Notes: generated by a model from the letters alone, not told the origin. Positions 1 to 8,612 are shown, counted from the stretch's first letter. The stretch is DNA of 23,012 nucleotides from Gemmatimonadales bacterium (GCA_041613315.1 JBFJHJ010000040.1:1-23012); one strand, 5' to 3'. A program made the numbers and translations.

Positions 1-324
1 CTCGCCTCCGGCCTCGTCTTCTGGTGGCCCGTCCTGGCACCGCTGCCCGAGCTCGAACCGCTTCCCTATCCCGGCCGGATCGTGTATCTGATCGCCAACG
101 TCTTCATTCCCACCGTCCCGGCCGCGTTCCTCACGTTCTCCGACTATCCGTTGTACGCACTCTACGAGCTCGCCCCGCCGGTGGGCCGGCTCTCCACGGT
201 CGAGGATCAGCAGTTGGCCGGACTCGCGATGAAGATCGCGGGTGGGATGATCATCTTCGCCACGGCGTCGGTGCTGTTCTTCCGCTGGCACGCCGTGGAG
301 GAACGGGCGGAGGGGGTGGCGTGA
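1..324 (+). CDS. ctaG: Cytochrome c oxidase assembly factor, caa3-type CtaG family (5'-truncated by window edge)
   Basis: Frame 1 is open from base 1: LASGLVFWWPVLAP...PAAFLTFSDYPLY...DQQLAGLAMKIAGG. The FWWPV and DQQLAG motifs and hydrophobic helices fit Caa3_CtaG. Stop TGA at 322-324. Confidence 0.8.
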   Translation, partial: LASGLVFWWPVLAPLPELEPLPYPGRIVYLIANVFIPTVPAAFLTFSDYPLYALYELAPPVGRLSTVEDQQLAGLAMKIAGGMIIFATASVLFFRWHAVEERAEGVA

Positions 325-704
325 AGGCCATCCTGATCGTGGACCACGGGAGCCGGCGCGACGACGCCGGCTCGACGCTGGCCGAGGTGGTGCGGCTCGT
401 ACGCGAACGGGTCGGCCCCGAGGTGATCGTGGAGGGCGCGCACATGGAGTTCGCCGAGCCGACGGTGGCGCAGGGATTCGACCGTTGCGTGGGACGGGGT
501 GCCACCGACGTCGTGGCCCACCCGCTCATGCTCGCGCCGGGGCGGCATGCCACCGAGGACGTGCCCCGGCTCGTCGCGACGGCGGCGGCGCGCCACCCCG
601 GTGTCCGCTATCGGGTCACGGCGCCCCTGGGGCCGGATCCCCGGATCGCGGACCTGGTGGTGGAGCGGTGTGCCGCCCCGATACCCCGCCCCCCCGGGCG
701 GTAA
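321..704 (+). CDS. Single-domain CbiX/SirB-type sirohydrochlorin chelatase (~127 aa)
   Basis: GTG at 321 overlaps the upstream stop (GTGA). Motifs ILIVDHGSR, AHMEFAEP, HPLMLAPGRHATEDVP and PLG include both metal-binding His. The track start at 24 is a spurious extension. Confidence 0.85.
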   Translation: MKAILIVDHGSRRDDAGSTLAEVVRLVRERVGPEVIVEGAHMEFAEPTVAQGFDRCVGRGATDVVAHPLMLAPGRHATEDVPRLVATAAARHPGVRYRVTAPLGPDPRIADLVVERCAAPIPRPPGR

Positions 705-705
705 C

Positions 706-771
706 GCGGACGGGCGGACGGCCACACCTCATGACCGCCGGGCTCGACATCCCGCCCGCCCGTCCGTCCGC
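706..771. repeat. Imperfect inverted repeat of 4-nt units (RCGG / CCGY) between convergent genes; possible bidirectional terminator or stabilising hairpin
   Basis: GCGG ACGG GCGG ACGG (706-721) versus CCGC CCGC CCGT CCGT CCGC (752-771), between the stops of the chelatase and OPT genes. No U-tract. Confidence 0.5.
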
Positions 772-772
772 C

Positions 773-2776
773 CTACCGTGCGAGCAGCTTCCGCATGTCG
801 CCCGTCGTCACCCGGTAGAGGAAGTAGATGACGAGCGCGAGCAGCACGACACCGGGCATCGTGCCCTCGTGCGTTCCCCAGAACGCCAAGGCGTCCGCAC
901 GCCCGCGCACCACGATCGGGATCGCCAGCAGGATGCCGAGCAGCGCCTCGCCGGTGATCAGGCCGGCCGCGAAGAGCAGGCCGTGCTGCTCGCCCGTGGT
1001 CTGCGCGGCCGTTACGCCCGGGTCGGTGCCCAGCCGCGCCCGGCCGCGCCGATACACGCGGCTCGCCGCCCAGGCGATGAGGCCACCGATGAAGATCGCC
1101 ACCGACAGCTCCAATGGGAGGTAGATCCCGACGGCCACCGCCAACACCGGCGTGCGGAAGTCGCTGCCGCGCCGCTCCAGCGTCACGTCCAACAGGATCA
1201 CCGCGACCGCCACCGCCATCCCGATCACGATCATCGTCCACGGGAGGCCGCCGCCGAACACGCCGCCCGCCACCGCCGCCATGAGCGTCGCCTGCGGGGC
1301 GCTCAGCGGGTTGGGGTGCGCCGCGGTGGGCGCGCCAATGCCGTACGCCTGGAGCAGCAGGGTGAGCACGGGCGCCATCACGAACGCCGCCGCCACCACG
1401 CCGACCGACTGCATGATCTGCTGCTTGAACGGCGTCGCGCCCACGATTCTGCCCGCCTTCAGGTCCTGCAGGTTGTCGCCGGCGATGGCGGCGGCGCAGG
1501 CGACGACCGCGCCGATCAGGATCGCCGCGGCCGGCCCCGCGGCGCTGCCGGTGCCCATGAAGACGACGAGCAGGAGCGCCGATGTGAGAATCGTCGCGAT
1601 CGTCACCCCGGAGATCGGGTTGTTCGACGACCCGACGAGCCCCGCCATATAGCCGGCGACCGCCGAGAACAGGAACCCGGCGACGAGCATGATCACCGCC
1701 ATGATCGCCGCCACGCCCGCGCGCCCGGTAACCTGCCAGAACACGAAGAAGAGCGGGATGGCCGAGAGGGCAATGGCGGTGCCGATCCACTGCATCGGCG
1801 CGTCGCGCTCGGTGCGCGCCACCGCGTCGCCCCCGGTTTGCTTGCTGCGGCGATAGGCGTCGAGCCCCGACCGGATCCCGCCCAGGATGCTCCCGCGCAC
1901 CTTGATGAGCGTCCAGACGCCACCCACCACCATCGCCCCGACACCCAGGTAGCGCGTCTGCGTGGACCAGAGCTGGTTCGCGGCGTCCACCGCTGCGGTG
2001 TCGGGCGGGACGCCCATGACGGAGGCCACGATGGGGATGGCCACGAACCAGTTGATGGCGCCGCCTAGGAAGATCAGCGTGGCGATATTGAGCCCCACGA
2101 TGAAGCCCACCCCGACCAGCGCCGGCGAGAGGTTGGTCCCGAAGTAGGCGATGCCGCCACCCACGTAGCGGGCTTTCTCGAACACGGCGGCCCACAGCCG
2201 GAACCCGGTTTCCCCCAGCTTGAACAGCGCCCCGATCACCCCGGCGGCCGCCAAATACTTGATCCCCGCCCCGCCCACGTCGCCGACCTTGAGGACCTCG
2301 GCCGTCGCGACCCCCTCGGGGAACTTCAAGGGGTTCTCGACGATGAGCGCCCGACGCAGCGGGATCGTGAACATGACGCCGATGATGCCGCCCAGGCCCG
2401 CGATGATCGTGGTGTCGATGTAATTGAACTCCGTCCACGCATTGAGGATGATCATCGCGGGGATCGTGAAGATGACCCCCGCCGCCAGACTCTCCCCCGC
2501 CGACGCAGCCGTCTGCACGATGTTGTTTTCGAGAATGTTGGCGTTCCGGAACATCCGCAGGATCGCCATCGAGATGACCGCCGCCGGAATGGAAGCCGAC
2601 ACCGTCATGCCGGCGAACAACCCGAGATAGGCGTTGGCGCCGGCGAGGGTCACCGAGAGGATCACGCCCAGGATGAGCGCCCGCGCGGTGATCTCCGGAA
2701 GCGACGTGGCCGCCGAGATGTACGGGGCGGGTTCGGCCGGCGCGTGGCCGGCGGCGCGGGCGGGGTCAGCCTGCAT
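773..2776 (-). CDS. OPT family oligopeptide transporter
   Basis: Motifs NAYLGLFAGMTVSASIPAAVIS, ENNIVQTAASAGES, LKFPEG, GLVGSSNNPISG, GDNLQDLKAG, APQATLMA and GLITGE, with many TM helices. ATG at 2776 is preceded by an AGGAG SD. Confidence 0.95.
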   Translation of the reverse strand: MQADPARAAGHAPAEPAPYISAATSLPEITARALILGVILSVTLAGANAYLGLFAGMTVSASIPAAVISMAILRMFRNANILENNIVQTAASAGESLAAGVIFTIPAMIILNAWTEFNYIDTTIIAGLGGIIGVMFTIPLRRALIVENPLKFPEGVATAEVLKVGDVGGAGIKYLAAAGVIGALFKLGETGFRLWAAVFEKARYVGGGIAYFGTNLSPALVGVGFIVGLNIATLIFLGGAINWFVAIPIVASVMGVPPDTAAVDAANQLWSTQTRYLGVGAMVVGGVWTLIKVRGSILGGIRSGLDAYRRSKQTGGDAVARTERDAPMQWIGTAIALSAIPLFFVFWQVTGRAGVAAIMAVIMLVAGFLFSAVAGYMAGLVGSSNNPISGVTIATILTSALLLVVFMGTGSAAGPAAAILIGAVVACAAAIAGDNLQDLKAGRIVGATPFKQQIMQSVGVVAAAFVMAPVLTLLLQAYGIGAPTAAHPNPLSAPQATLMAAVAGGVFGGGLPWTMIVIGMAVAVAVILLDVTLERRGSDFRTPVLAVAVGIYLPLELSVAIFIGGLIAWAASRVYRRGRARLGTDPGVTAAQTTGEQHGLLFAAGLITGEALLGILLAIPIVVRGRADALAFWGTHEGTMPGVVLLALVIYFLYRVTTGDMRKLLAR

Positions 2777-2916
2777 GACGATCTCCTGAACGTGTGGGCA
2801 CGCGCGGTTCAAGCCCGAGGGCGCGGCGCGATCGGCAACCCGAACGAGGCGCGTAGCCCGGGGAGCGCCGGAGGGCGAGGCGGCGAAACACGGATCGCCC
2901 CGAGGCTGCGCCGCAC

Positions 2917-2945
2917 AATGTTTCGGCCGGCCGAGGGCCTGTCAA
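2917..2945 (-). promoter_or_regulatory. Putative sigma70 promoter for the OPT gene
   Basis: Minus strand TTGACA (2945-2940), N17, AACATT (2922-2917). The spacer holds the palindrome TCGGCCGGCCGA (2923-2934). Confidence 0.5.
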
Positions 2946-2949
2946 GCGC

Positions 2950-2977
2950 TTGCCGCTCGTCGGTTTGAGACTACGTT
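2950..2977 (+). promoter_or_regulatory. Putative sigma70 promoter for the M42 peptidase gene
   Basis: TTGCCG (2950-2955), N16, TACGTT (2972-2977), ending 25 nt upstream of ATG 3003; back-to-back with the OPT promoter. Confidence 0.4.
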
Positions 2978-3002
2978 GAGATCGAGCAACCACGGTGATC
3001 GG

Positions 3003-4070
3003 ATGCAGAAGAACTCGCTCAGCTTCCTCAAGACCCTGCTGGACACCCCCGGGCCCTCGGGGTTCGAGACGGCGCCTGCCCGGGCGTGGCGCCACGAGGC
3101 CGAACGGTTCGCCGACCGGGTGACCGGGGACGTCTCCGGCAACTCCGTCGCCGTCGTCCACCCCGACGGATCTCCCCGCGTCATGTTCGCCGGCCACATC
3201 GACGAAATCGGCCTGATGATCCTGCACGTGGACGACGAGGGGTTCCTCTATTTCTCCACGATCGGAGGCTGGGACCCGCAGGTGCTCGTCGGGCAACGCG
3301 TCCTGATCGCCACCCGCAATGGCGCCGTGGAGGGCGTCATCGGGAAAAAGGCGATCCATATGATACGCTCCGAGGATCGGGACAAGGTGTCGAAGCCCTC
3401 CGACCTGTGGATCGACATCGGGGCGAAGGACAAGGCCGACGCGCTCGCGCGGGTCCGCGTCGGCGATCCCGCCGTCCTGGCCGGCGCCGCGCTGGAGCTC
3501 CCCAACGGCCGGATCGTCTCCCGCAGCATCGATAACCGGATCGGCGCTTTTGTGGTGTTGGAAGCGCTGCGGCTGCTCGCCGAGTCTCAGCCCAAGGCGG
3601 CGGTGTTCGCGGTCGCGACGACGCAGGAGGAGATCGCGTGGGGCGGCGGCGGCGCCCGCACCAGCGCCGTCGGGCTCGACCCCACCGTCGCCGTGGTGGT
3701 CGACGTCACCCACGCCACCGACTATCCCAGCGCCAAGAAAGAGGAGCACGGCGACTTCGCCCTCGGCGGCGGCCCGGTGCTCTCCCGGGGGTCGGCAGTC
3801 AACCCGGTGGTGTTCGAGCTGTTGGTGGAAGCGGCGGAGGCGGAGAAGATCCCGTACCGCATCGCGGCCGCGCCACGCGATACCGGCACGGACGCGGACG
3901 CGATCTACAGCGCCCAACGCGGGATCGCCACCGGCCTCGTATCGGTCCCCAATCGCTACATGCACAGCCCGAACGAGATGGTGGCTACCACGGACCTCGA
4001 GCGGGCGGCCGTGCTCCTGGCGACCTTCGCTCGACGGGTCACGCCGGATACCGACTTCACGCCCCGCTAG
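3003..4070 (+). CDS. M42 family metallo-aminopeptidase (FrvX/TET-like)
   Basis: Motifs PGPSGFE, AGHIDEIG, IGGWDP, DNRIG, TQEEI, VDVTHA, GTDA and RYMHSPNE supply the metal ligands H, D, E, D, H. Confidence 0.93.
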   Translation: MQKNSLSFLKTLLDTPGPSGFETAPARAWRHEAERFADRVTGDVSGNSVAVVHPDGSPRVMFAGHIDEIGLMILHVDDEGFLYFSTIGGWDPQVLVGQRVLIATRNGAVEGVIGKKAIHMIRSEDRDKVSKPSDLWIDIGAKDKADALARVRVGDPAVLAGAALELPNGRIVSRSIDNRIGAFVVLEALRLLAESQPKAAVFAVATTQEEIAWGGGGARTSAVGLDPTVAVVVDVTHATDYPSAKKEEHGDFALGGGPVLSRGSAVNPVVFELLVEAAEAEKIPYRIAAAPRDTGTDADAIYSAQRGIATGLVSVPNRYMHSPNEMVATTDLERAAVLLATFARRVTPDTDFTPR

Positions 4071-5644
4071 CTGCCCTTCTCCTGGAGCGCCCGCAGGCCG
4101 CGCTCCGCCGCCACACGGACGCTCTTCTCGCGGTCCTCCAGAAGACCCTCGAGCGTCCCGATCACGACCGGCCCCCCCACCAGCTTGAGACCCTCGATCG
4201 CCGCGACCCGCAGGTCGGCGGACTTGCGGCCCAGCAGCACGCCGCCCGGCTGCACGGCCGTGATGAGCGCCTGGAGCGCGTCCGTCGTGCCGATGCGCCC
4301 CAATGCACGATAGCACGCTCGCCGCACGTCGAGATCACCTTCTTCCTCGGCGATCGCCACGAGCGGCATCGCGAGCGCACCGGACTTGCGCCCGCTCACG
4401 GCGCCGGCCACGAGTTTCCGCAGCTCGGGGTCGTCGCTCGCCAACGCCGCCCGGAGGTACTCCACCGTGCCCCGTCCGCCGATCTTGGCCAGCGCCACGG
4501 CGGCCGACTGGCGCACGCGCGGCTCCGGATGCTCCAAGGCGCGGCCCAGCGCCGGCACGGCATCTTCCACCTCGAGGTCGCCAAGCACGTCCGCGACGCT
4601 CTGCGCCACATACCACTCCTTGTGATCGAGTAGCGGAATGAGCAGCGGGATGCCTTCGGTAATCCCCCGTAGGGCGTCGTAGTACGCGCGGCGCTCCTGC
4701 GTGCCGGGCGTGCGCTCCAAGCGCTCCAGCAGCACGACGGTGCCGTCTTCGCCGGCACGCACCAGAATACGGGCGGCGTCCACCGTATGCCGGGCGTCCA
4801 GCACCATGTCAGCCGCGCGATCGAGCGTCTCGCGCGTCAGCTGGCGTCGGAGCGCGATGGCATAGCTCCGGGCCGGCGACCCCTCTGGCGCGGTCGCCTC
4901 GAGGTCGAGCACCACGGCCAGCGCCTCGATGGCCGCTTCGACCCGGTCTTGCTCCAACGCGGCGGCGACCTGGTCGGTGACCGCCGTCAGCCGCCCGAGC
5001 ACGTCGCCGCCGTGCGGCTCCTTGCGAAGCGCCTTGAGGGCCGAGTCCAACGTGGCGGCTTTGGCCGGCGGCGCCACGGCCGCGGGCGGGGTTGGGTCGA
5101 CCGCCGCCTCCGCGTCCGGCGTGGTCGGCACCGGCAGCTTCGGGGCCGGGGGCGGCGTGAATCCCTCCATGGCGGCCAGGTTGGGATCGATGATCCCGAC
5201 CTCCTCGAACGCCTCGGTGACCCGCGCCTCGCGACCGTGCGCGGGATTCGCATCGGACGGCACCGATACCGTCGAAACCTGAATCGCCCGCGAACTCCGC
5301 AGGTCCACCACGATCCCGTCGGCGCCGCTCCGGGGATCCTGCGCCAAGCTGCGCACCAGCTTCAGCAAGTCCGCCGGCGCGGCGTCCTTGGCGATTTGCA
5401 CTTCAGTGACGCCATGCGCCTTGAGCTGGACGATCAGTGCCGGGACGGCGGGAAGGGACAGGGAGACGGGCGCGTCCTGCACCTTGAGTGTCTCGCCGTC
5501 GAGCGCCAGCGAGACCTCGCCGAGCTTGGACAACGCGACGAGCGCCCGGAGGGCGGTCTTTTGCTCGGGCACCGCGTCGGGGCGCGTACGGAACAGCTCA
5601 ACGCCCCGGGCGAACGTGATAACGAAGTGGTCAGGGCTCAGCAT
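4067..5644 (-). CDS. HEAT-repeat domain protein
   Basis: C-terminal HEAT/PBS-lyase-like repeats (LLDHKEWYVAQSVADVLG, ALEHPEPRVRQSAAVALAKIG, LLEDREKSVRVAAERGL), a Pro/Ala-rich linker and an uncharacterised N-terminal domain. Confidence 0.85.
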   Translation of the reverse strand: MLSPDHFVITFARGVELFRTRPDAVPEQKTALRALVALSKLGEVSLALDGETLKVQDAPVSLSLPAVPALIVQLKAHGVTEVQIAKDAAPADLLKLVRSLAQDPRSGADGIVVDLRSSRAIQVSTVSVPSDANPAHGREARVTEAFEEVGIIDPNLAAMEGFTPPPAPKLPVPTTPDAEAAVDPTPPAAVAPPAKAATLDSALKALRKEPHGGDVLGRLTAVTDQVAAALEQDRVEAAIEALAVVLDLEATAPEGSPARSYAIALRRQLTRETLDRAADMVLDARHTVDAARILVRAGEDGTVVLLERLERTPGTQERRAYYDALRGITEGIPLLIPLLDHKEWYVAQSVADVLGDLEVEDAVPALGRALEHPEPRVRQSAAVALAKIGGRGTVEYLRAALASDDPELRKLVAGAVSGRKSGALAMPLVAIAEEEGDLDVRRACYRALGRIGTTDALQALITAVQPGGVLLGRKSADLRVAAIEGLKLVGGPVVIGTLEGLLEDREKSVRVAAERGLRALQEKGS

Positions 5645-6482
5645 GGTGTCGGGGCGAAGATACGCGAGACGCCAAGGCCCGACAACGATCGACCAGCGCC
5701 GCCGCGACGTCCGCCGCGGTGATCGGGAGATCGGGCAGGGTCAGCGCCCGACTGAGCCGTGCGAGCGGCGGCTCGGCCAGTCCCAGCGCCGCCAGCCGCT
5801 CCCCGTCGAGCATCAGGGGGCGAGACGGGCCATCGTAGGCCACCCGGCCCTCGGCCAGAACCACGGCGCGCGGGAAGGCTTCGGCAACGACGCCCAAATC
5901 GTGCGTGACGGCGAGGACCGCCACGCCCTCCTCCACGAGGCCGCAGATCACCGTCGCGACCCGAGCCGTGCCGACCCGGTCCAACCCCTGCGTCGGCTCG
6001 TCCAGCACCAGCAGTCGTGGCCGCTGGGCGAGGGCGGCGGCGAGCGTCACGAGCTTCCGTCTCGCGGGCGGCAGATCGTACGGGTGGGCCTCGCCCAACG
6101 CATCGAGCCCCACCCGCCGCAGCGCGCTCGCCACCACGGCATCGGCCTCCTCCCGCCCTACACCCTGCTGCCGCGGCGCAAACGCCACTTCGTCCCATAC
6201 GGTTCTCGCGAACAGCTGCTGATCGGCGTGCTGGAAGACGTACGCCGCCCGCCGCGCGACTTCCTCGGGAGCCCGGCCCTCGATGTTGCGGTCGCCCACC
6301 CACACGGCGCCGCGGGCGGGGCGCAGCAGCGCCATGACGAGGCGGGTGAGCGTGGTCTTCCCCACGCCGTTGCGCCCGAGCAGCGCCACAGCCTCGCCCT
6401 GGCGGATGTCCAGCGAGATCGCCTGCAGCACCGGTACGTCGGCATAGGCGAACCACACGTCGGCGAGCCGCAGCGCGATCAT
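5631..6482 (-). CDS. ECF transporter ATPase component 2 (canonical Walker A/B, degenerate signature)
   Basis: Walker A GRNGVGKTT, Q-loop YVFQHADQQLF, signature region HPYDLPPARRK, Walker B LLVLDEP, H-loop VTHD. Confidence 0.9.
   Translation of the reverse strand: MIALRLADVWFAYADVPVLQAISLDIRQGEAVALLGRNGVGKTTLTRLVMALLRPARGAVWVGDRNIEGRAPEEVARRAAYVFQHADQQLFARTVWDEVAFAPRQQGVGREEADAVVASALRRVGLDALGEAHPYDLPPARRKLVTLAAALAQRPRLLVLDEPTQGLDRVGTARVATVICGLVEEGVAVLAVTHDLGVVAEAFPRAVVLAEGRVAYDGPSRPLMLDGERLAALGLAEPPLARLSRALTLPDLPITAADVAAALVDRCRALASRVSSPRHHAEP
5657..5685 (-). promoter_or_regulatory. Putative internal sigma70 promoter for the HEAT gene, inside the 3' end of the ECF ATPase gene
   Basis: Minus strand TTGTCG (5685-5680), N17, TATCTT (5662-5657), with 12 nt to ATG 5644. 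Confidence 0.5.
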
Positions 6483-7297
6483 TCACCGAATCGCCGCACC
6501 GCGGCGTCCACGGTGAGTGGGTAGGGCGGCGGGCACCCGGCCGCGCGAGTGATCTCCGCAATGGCGGTGCTGGCCCCGGTGACGACGGCGCGCTCCGCGC
6601 CGAGCACGTCGGCGGGCGCTCCGTCGGCGACCAGCAGGCCACGGTCCAGCAGCAGGATGCGGTCGGCGACGTCGACGGTCCGGTCGAGATCGGTGGTCGC
6701 AACGAGGAGCGCCGCGCCTTCGGCGAGTTGGGGAAGGAGTGCGACCAAGGCATCGGCACTCTCGGCGTCGAGCTCCAACGTCGGCTCGTCCAGAAGCAGC
6801 ACCTCCGGCTCCATCGCCAGGATCGCCGCCAGCATCACCCGTTGGAGCTCACCGCCCGAGAGCGTCCGTGGATCGCGCGCGGAGAGGTGCGCCGCACCGG
6901 CGAGCGCCAGCGAGCGCGTCACGCTCGCGGCGATCCGCGCGCGGTCCCACCCGAGGTTGGCAGGACCGAACGCGACCTCGTCGCTGACGCTGTACGCCAT
7001 GCCCGAGAGTTGGGTCCACGGGGTCGAAAAGAGGATGCCGACCCGCCCGGCGAGCGCCGCTCGACCTTCCGCGGATGCGGGATCGTGGCCGAGCGTCTCG
7101 ACGACGCCGTCGCGCGTGCCGCCGGTCGCGTGCGGGGCGAGGCCCGCGACGGTGAGCAGCAGCGTGCTCGCCCCTGACCCGAGACGACCCGTGACGAGTG
7201 TGACCGCACCCGGTGCGCACGCCGCGCTGATGTTGCGGATCGCGTCGCTGGGCGCGCCGGGGTAGCGGAACGTCACACCGTCGAGCCGGACGGTCAC
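6479..7297 (-). CDS. ECF transporter ATPase component 1 (degenerate Walker A, Q-loop and H-loop)
   Basis: GTG at 7297 overlaps the ecfT stop. Motifs VTFRYPG, GRLGSGAST, EVAFGPANLG, LSGGELQR and VLLLDEP. The track start at 7771 is an extension. Confidence 0.88.
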   Translation of the reverse strand: MTVRLDGVTFRYPGAPSDAIRNISAACAPGAVTLVTGRLGSGASTLLLTVAGLAPHATGGTRDGVVETLGHDPASAEGRAALAGRVGILFSTPWTQLSGMAYSVSDEVAFGPANLGWDRARIAASVTRSLALAGAAHLSARDPRTLSGGELQRVMLAAILAMEPEVLLLDEPTLELDAESADALVALLPQLAEGAALLVATTDLDRTVDVADRILLLDRGLLVADGAPADVLGAERAVVTGASTAIAEITRAAGCPPPYPLTVDAAVRRFGE

Positions 7298-8004
7298 CAC
7301 AGCACCCGCAGGAGCACGGCCGCCACCGCACCCGCCGCCATGCTCCACCGGAGCACACGCTCGCCCGTCGTATCCGACGGCGGGGCGAGCGGCGTGCGGT
7401 GTCGGACCCCCGCCGCCGCCCGCGCCTCGAGAGCCAGCGCGCGCTGGTCCACCTCCGCGAGCGCACCGAGCACGAGCGGCACCGTGAGGGGAACGACCGC
7501 TCGGACGCGGTTCCACACCGAGCCGCTCACGCGGAGCCCCCGACAGCGTTGCGCATCGAGGATCGCGCGCGCTCGCTCGCGGAGCCGCGGCACCGCCTGG
7601 AGGGTCGCCGCAAGCAGATACGCCACGGCGAACGGGACGCGCCGGGCGACGAGCGCGTCCACGAGTCGGGCCGGGTGGACCGCCGCAACGACCATGAGGA
7701 ACGCGACCAAGATCGCGGTGACCTGGGATCCCACGACCAATGCGCGGCCCGGCGTGTCGCCGAATCCCCAATGAATGAGGAGCAGAAACACCCAGAAGGG
7801 CGCGGCCATCACGAGCGCGGTCCCCAACGCTCCGGGAAGCCGCGCCGCGAGCGCGACCGCGGCGAGCACGACCGCCAAGAGCGCGGGCCCGGTCGGCGCC
7901 GGCAGCGCGAACGCCCAGACGATGGCGGCGCCCGCCAACGCGAACGGCGTGAACGGGTGGGCTCGATGGAGGAAGCCCCGCCCCGGCGTGTAGCCGACGA
8001 TCAC
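7294..8004 (-). CDS. ecfT: ECF transporter transmembrane component T (EcfT/CbiQ-like)
   Basis: GTG at 8004 overlaps the S-component stop. N-terminus GYTPGRGFLHRAHP, TM helices and the two coupling-helix Arg motifs (AQRCRG, ALEARA). Confidence 0.88.
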   Translation of the reverse strand: MIVGYTPGRGFLHRAHPFTPFALAGAAIVWAFALPAPTGPALLAVVLAAVALAARLPGALGTALVMAAPFWVFLLLIHWGFGDTPGRALVVGSQVTAILVAFLMVVAAVHPARLVDALVARRVPFAVAYLLAATLQAVPRLRERARAILDAQRCRGLRVSGSVWNRVRAVVPLTVPLVLGALAEVDQRALALEARAAAGVRHRTPLAPPSDTTGERVLRWSMAAGAVAAVLLRVLW

Positions 8005-8597
8005 GCCCGGCCCAACGCCCGCGCGCCGGCCGGGAACCGGGCGGCCATGGTCGCGGGGAGCGCCACGAGGATCGCCCGGACGAGCAAGAAGGTCGCCGTC
8101 TTGTCGAGCACGTCGTTGCCGAGGCTCGCGGCGTAGACGGCCCACTTGAGCGGCATGCCCGAGCCCACGAGGACCGTGGTCACGATGGTGACGCCGCTCG
8201 CGGTCACCCCGCCGAAGACGAGGTAGGCGATCGGCCACGACAGCGTCGCCGCGACCGCGCCCAGCAGGAGTCCGCCCACGACGGCCCGCGGGGTCGTCGC
8301 GAAGAGCGAGCGGCCGGCCGCCCATGACGCATACACAGCCACCGTGAGCTGCACGGGCAGGAACGCCATCCACATCACCTTGCCGTCGAGCAAGGTGAGC
8401 GCGCCCTGTGACACCAGTCCCGTCACGAGCGCGGCCGGTAGGCCGACCAGGGCCGCGACCAACACCGTCCCGATCGTATCGAGGAACACGGGGAGCGCGA
8501 TCGCCGCCGCGAACTTGCCCATCGCGAGGTTGATCCCTACCGCAAGCGGAATCAGCGCCAGCAGGCGTGGGGAGGCGGCGAGGCTGTTAGCTTTCAT
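8001..8597 (-). CDS. ECF transporter substrate-binding S component, QrtT/STY3230-like family
   Basis: 198 aa, about 6 TM. The pattern LIPLAVGIN...LPVFLDTIGT...FGGVTASG...DVLDK resembles, from recall, the QrtT-type family. First gene of an S-T-A-A operon. Confidence 0.8.
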   Translation of the reverse strand: MKANSLAASPRLLALIPLAVGINLAMGKFAAAIALPVFLDTIGTVLVAALVGLPAALVTGLVSQGALTLLDGKVMWMAFLPVQLTVAVYASWAAGRSLFATTPRAVVGGLLLGAVAATLSWPIAYLVFGGVTASGVTIVTTVLVGSGMPLKWAVYAASLGNDVLDKTATFLLVRAILVALPATMAARFPAGARALGRA

Positions 8598-8602
8598 GGC
8601 GC

Positions 8603-8612
8603 TGGTAAGATA
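8603..8612. promoter_or_regulatory. Overlapping divergent -10 elements in the 44-nt gap
   Basis: Plus strand TGG-TAAGAT (extended -10, 8603-8611) precedes the M28 gene (SD GGAGG 8633-8637). Minus strand TATCTT (8612-8607) lies 9 nt before the S-component ATG. Confidence 0.45.

Noticed and set aside
6479..7297. ECF ATPase 1 as a pseudogene
   Set aside because: No frameshift or stop; coupling overlaps, signature and Walker B are intact; the lesions are confined to one composite site.
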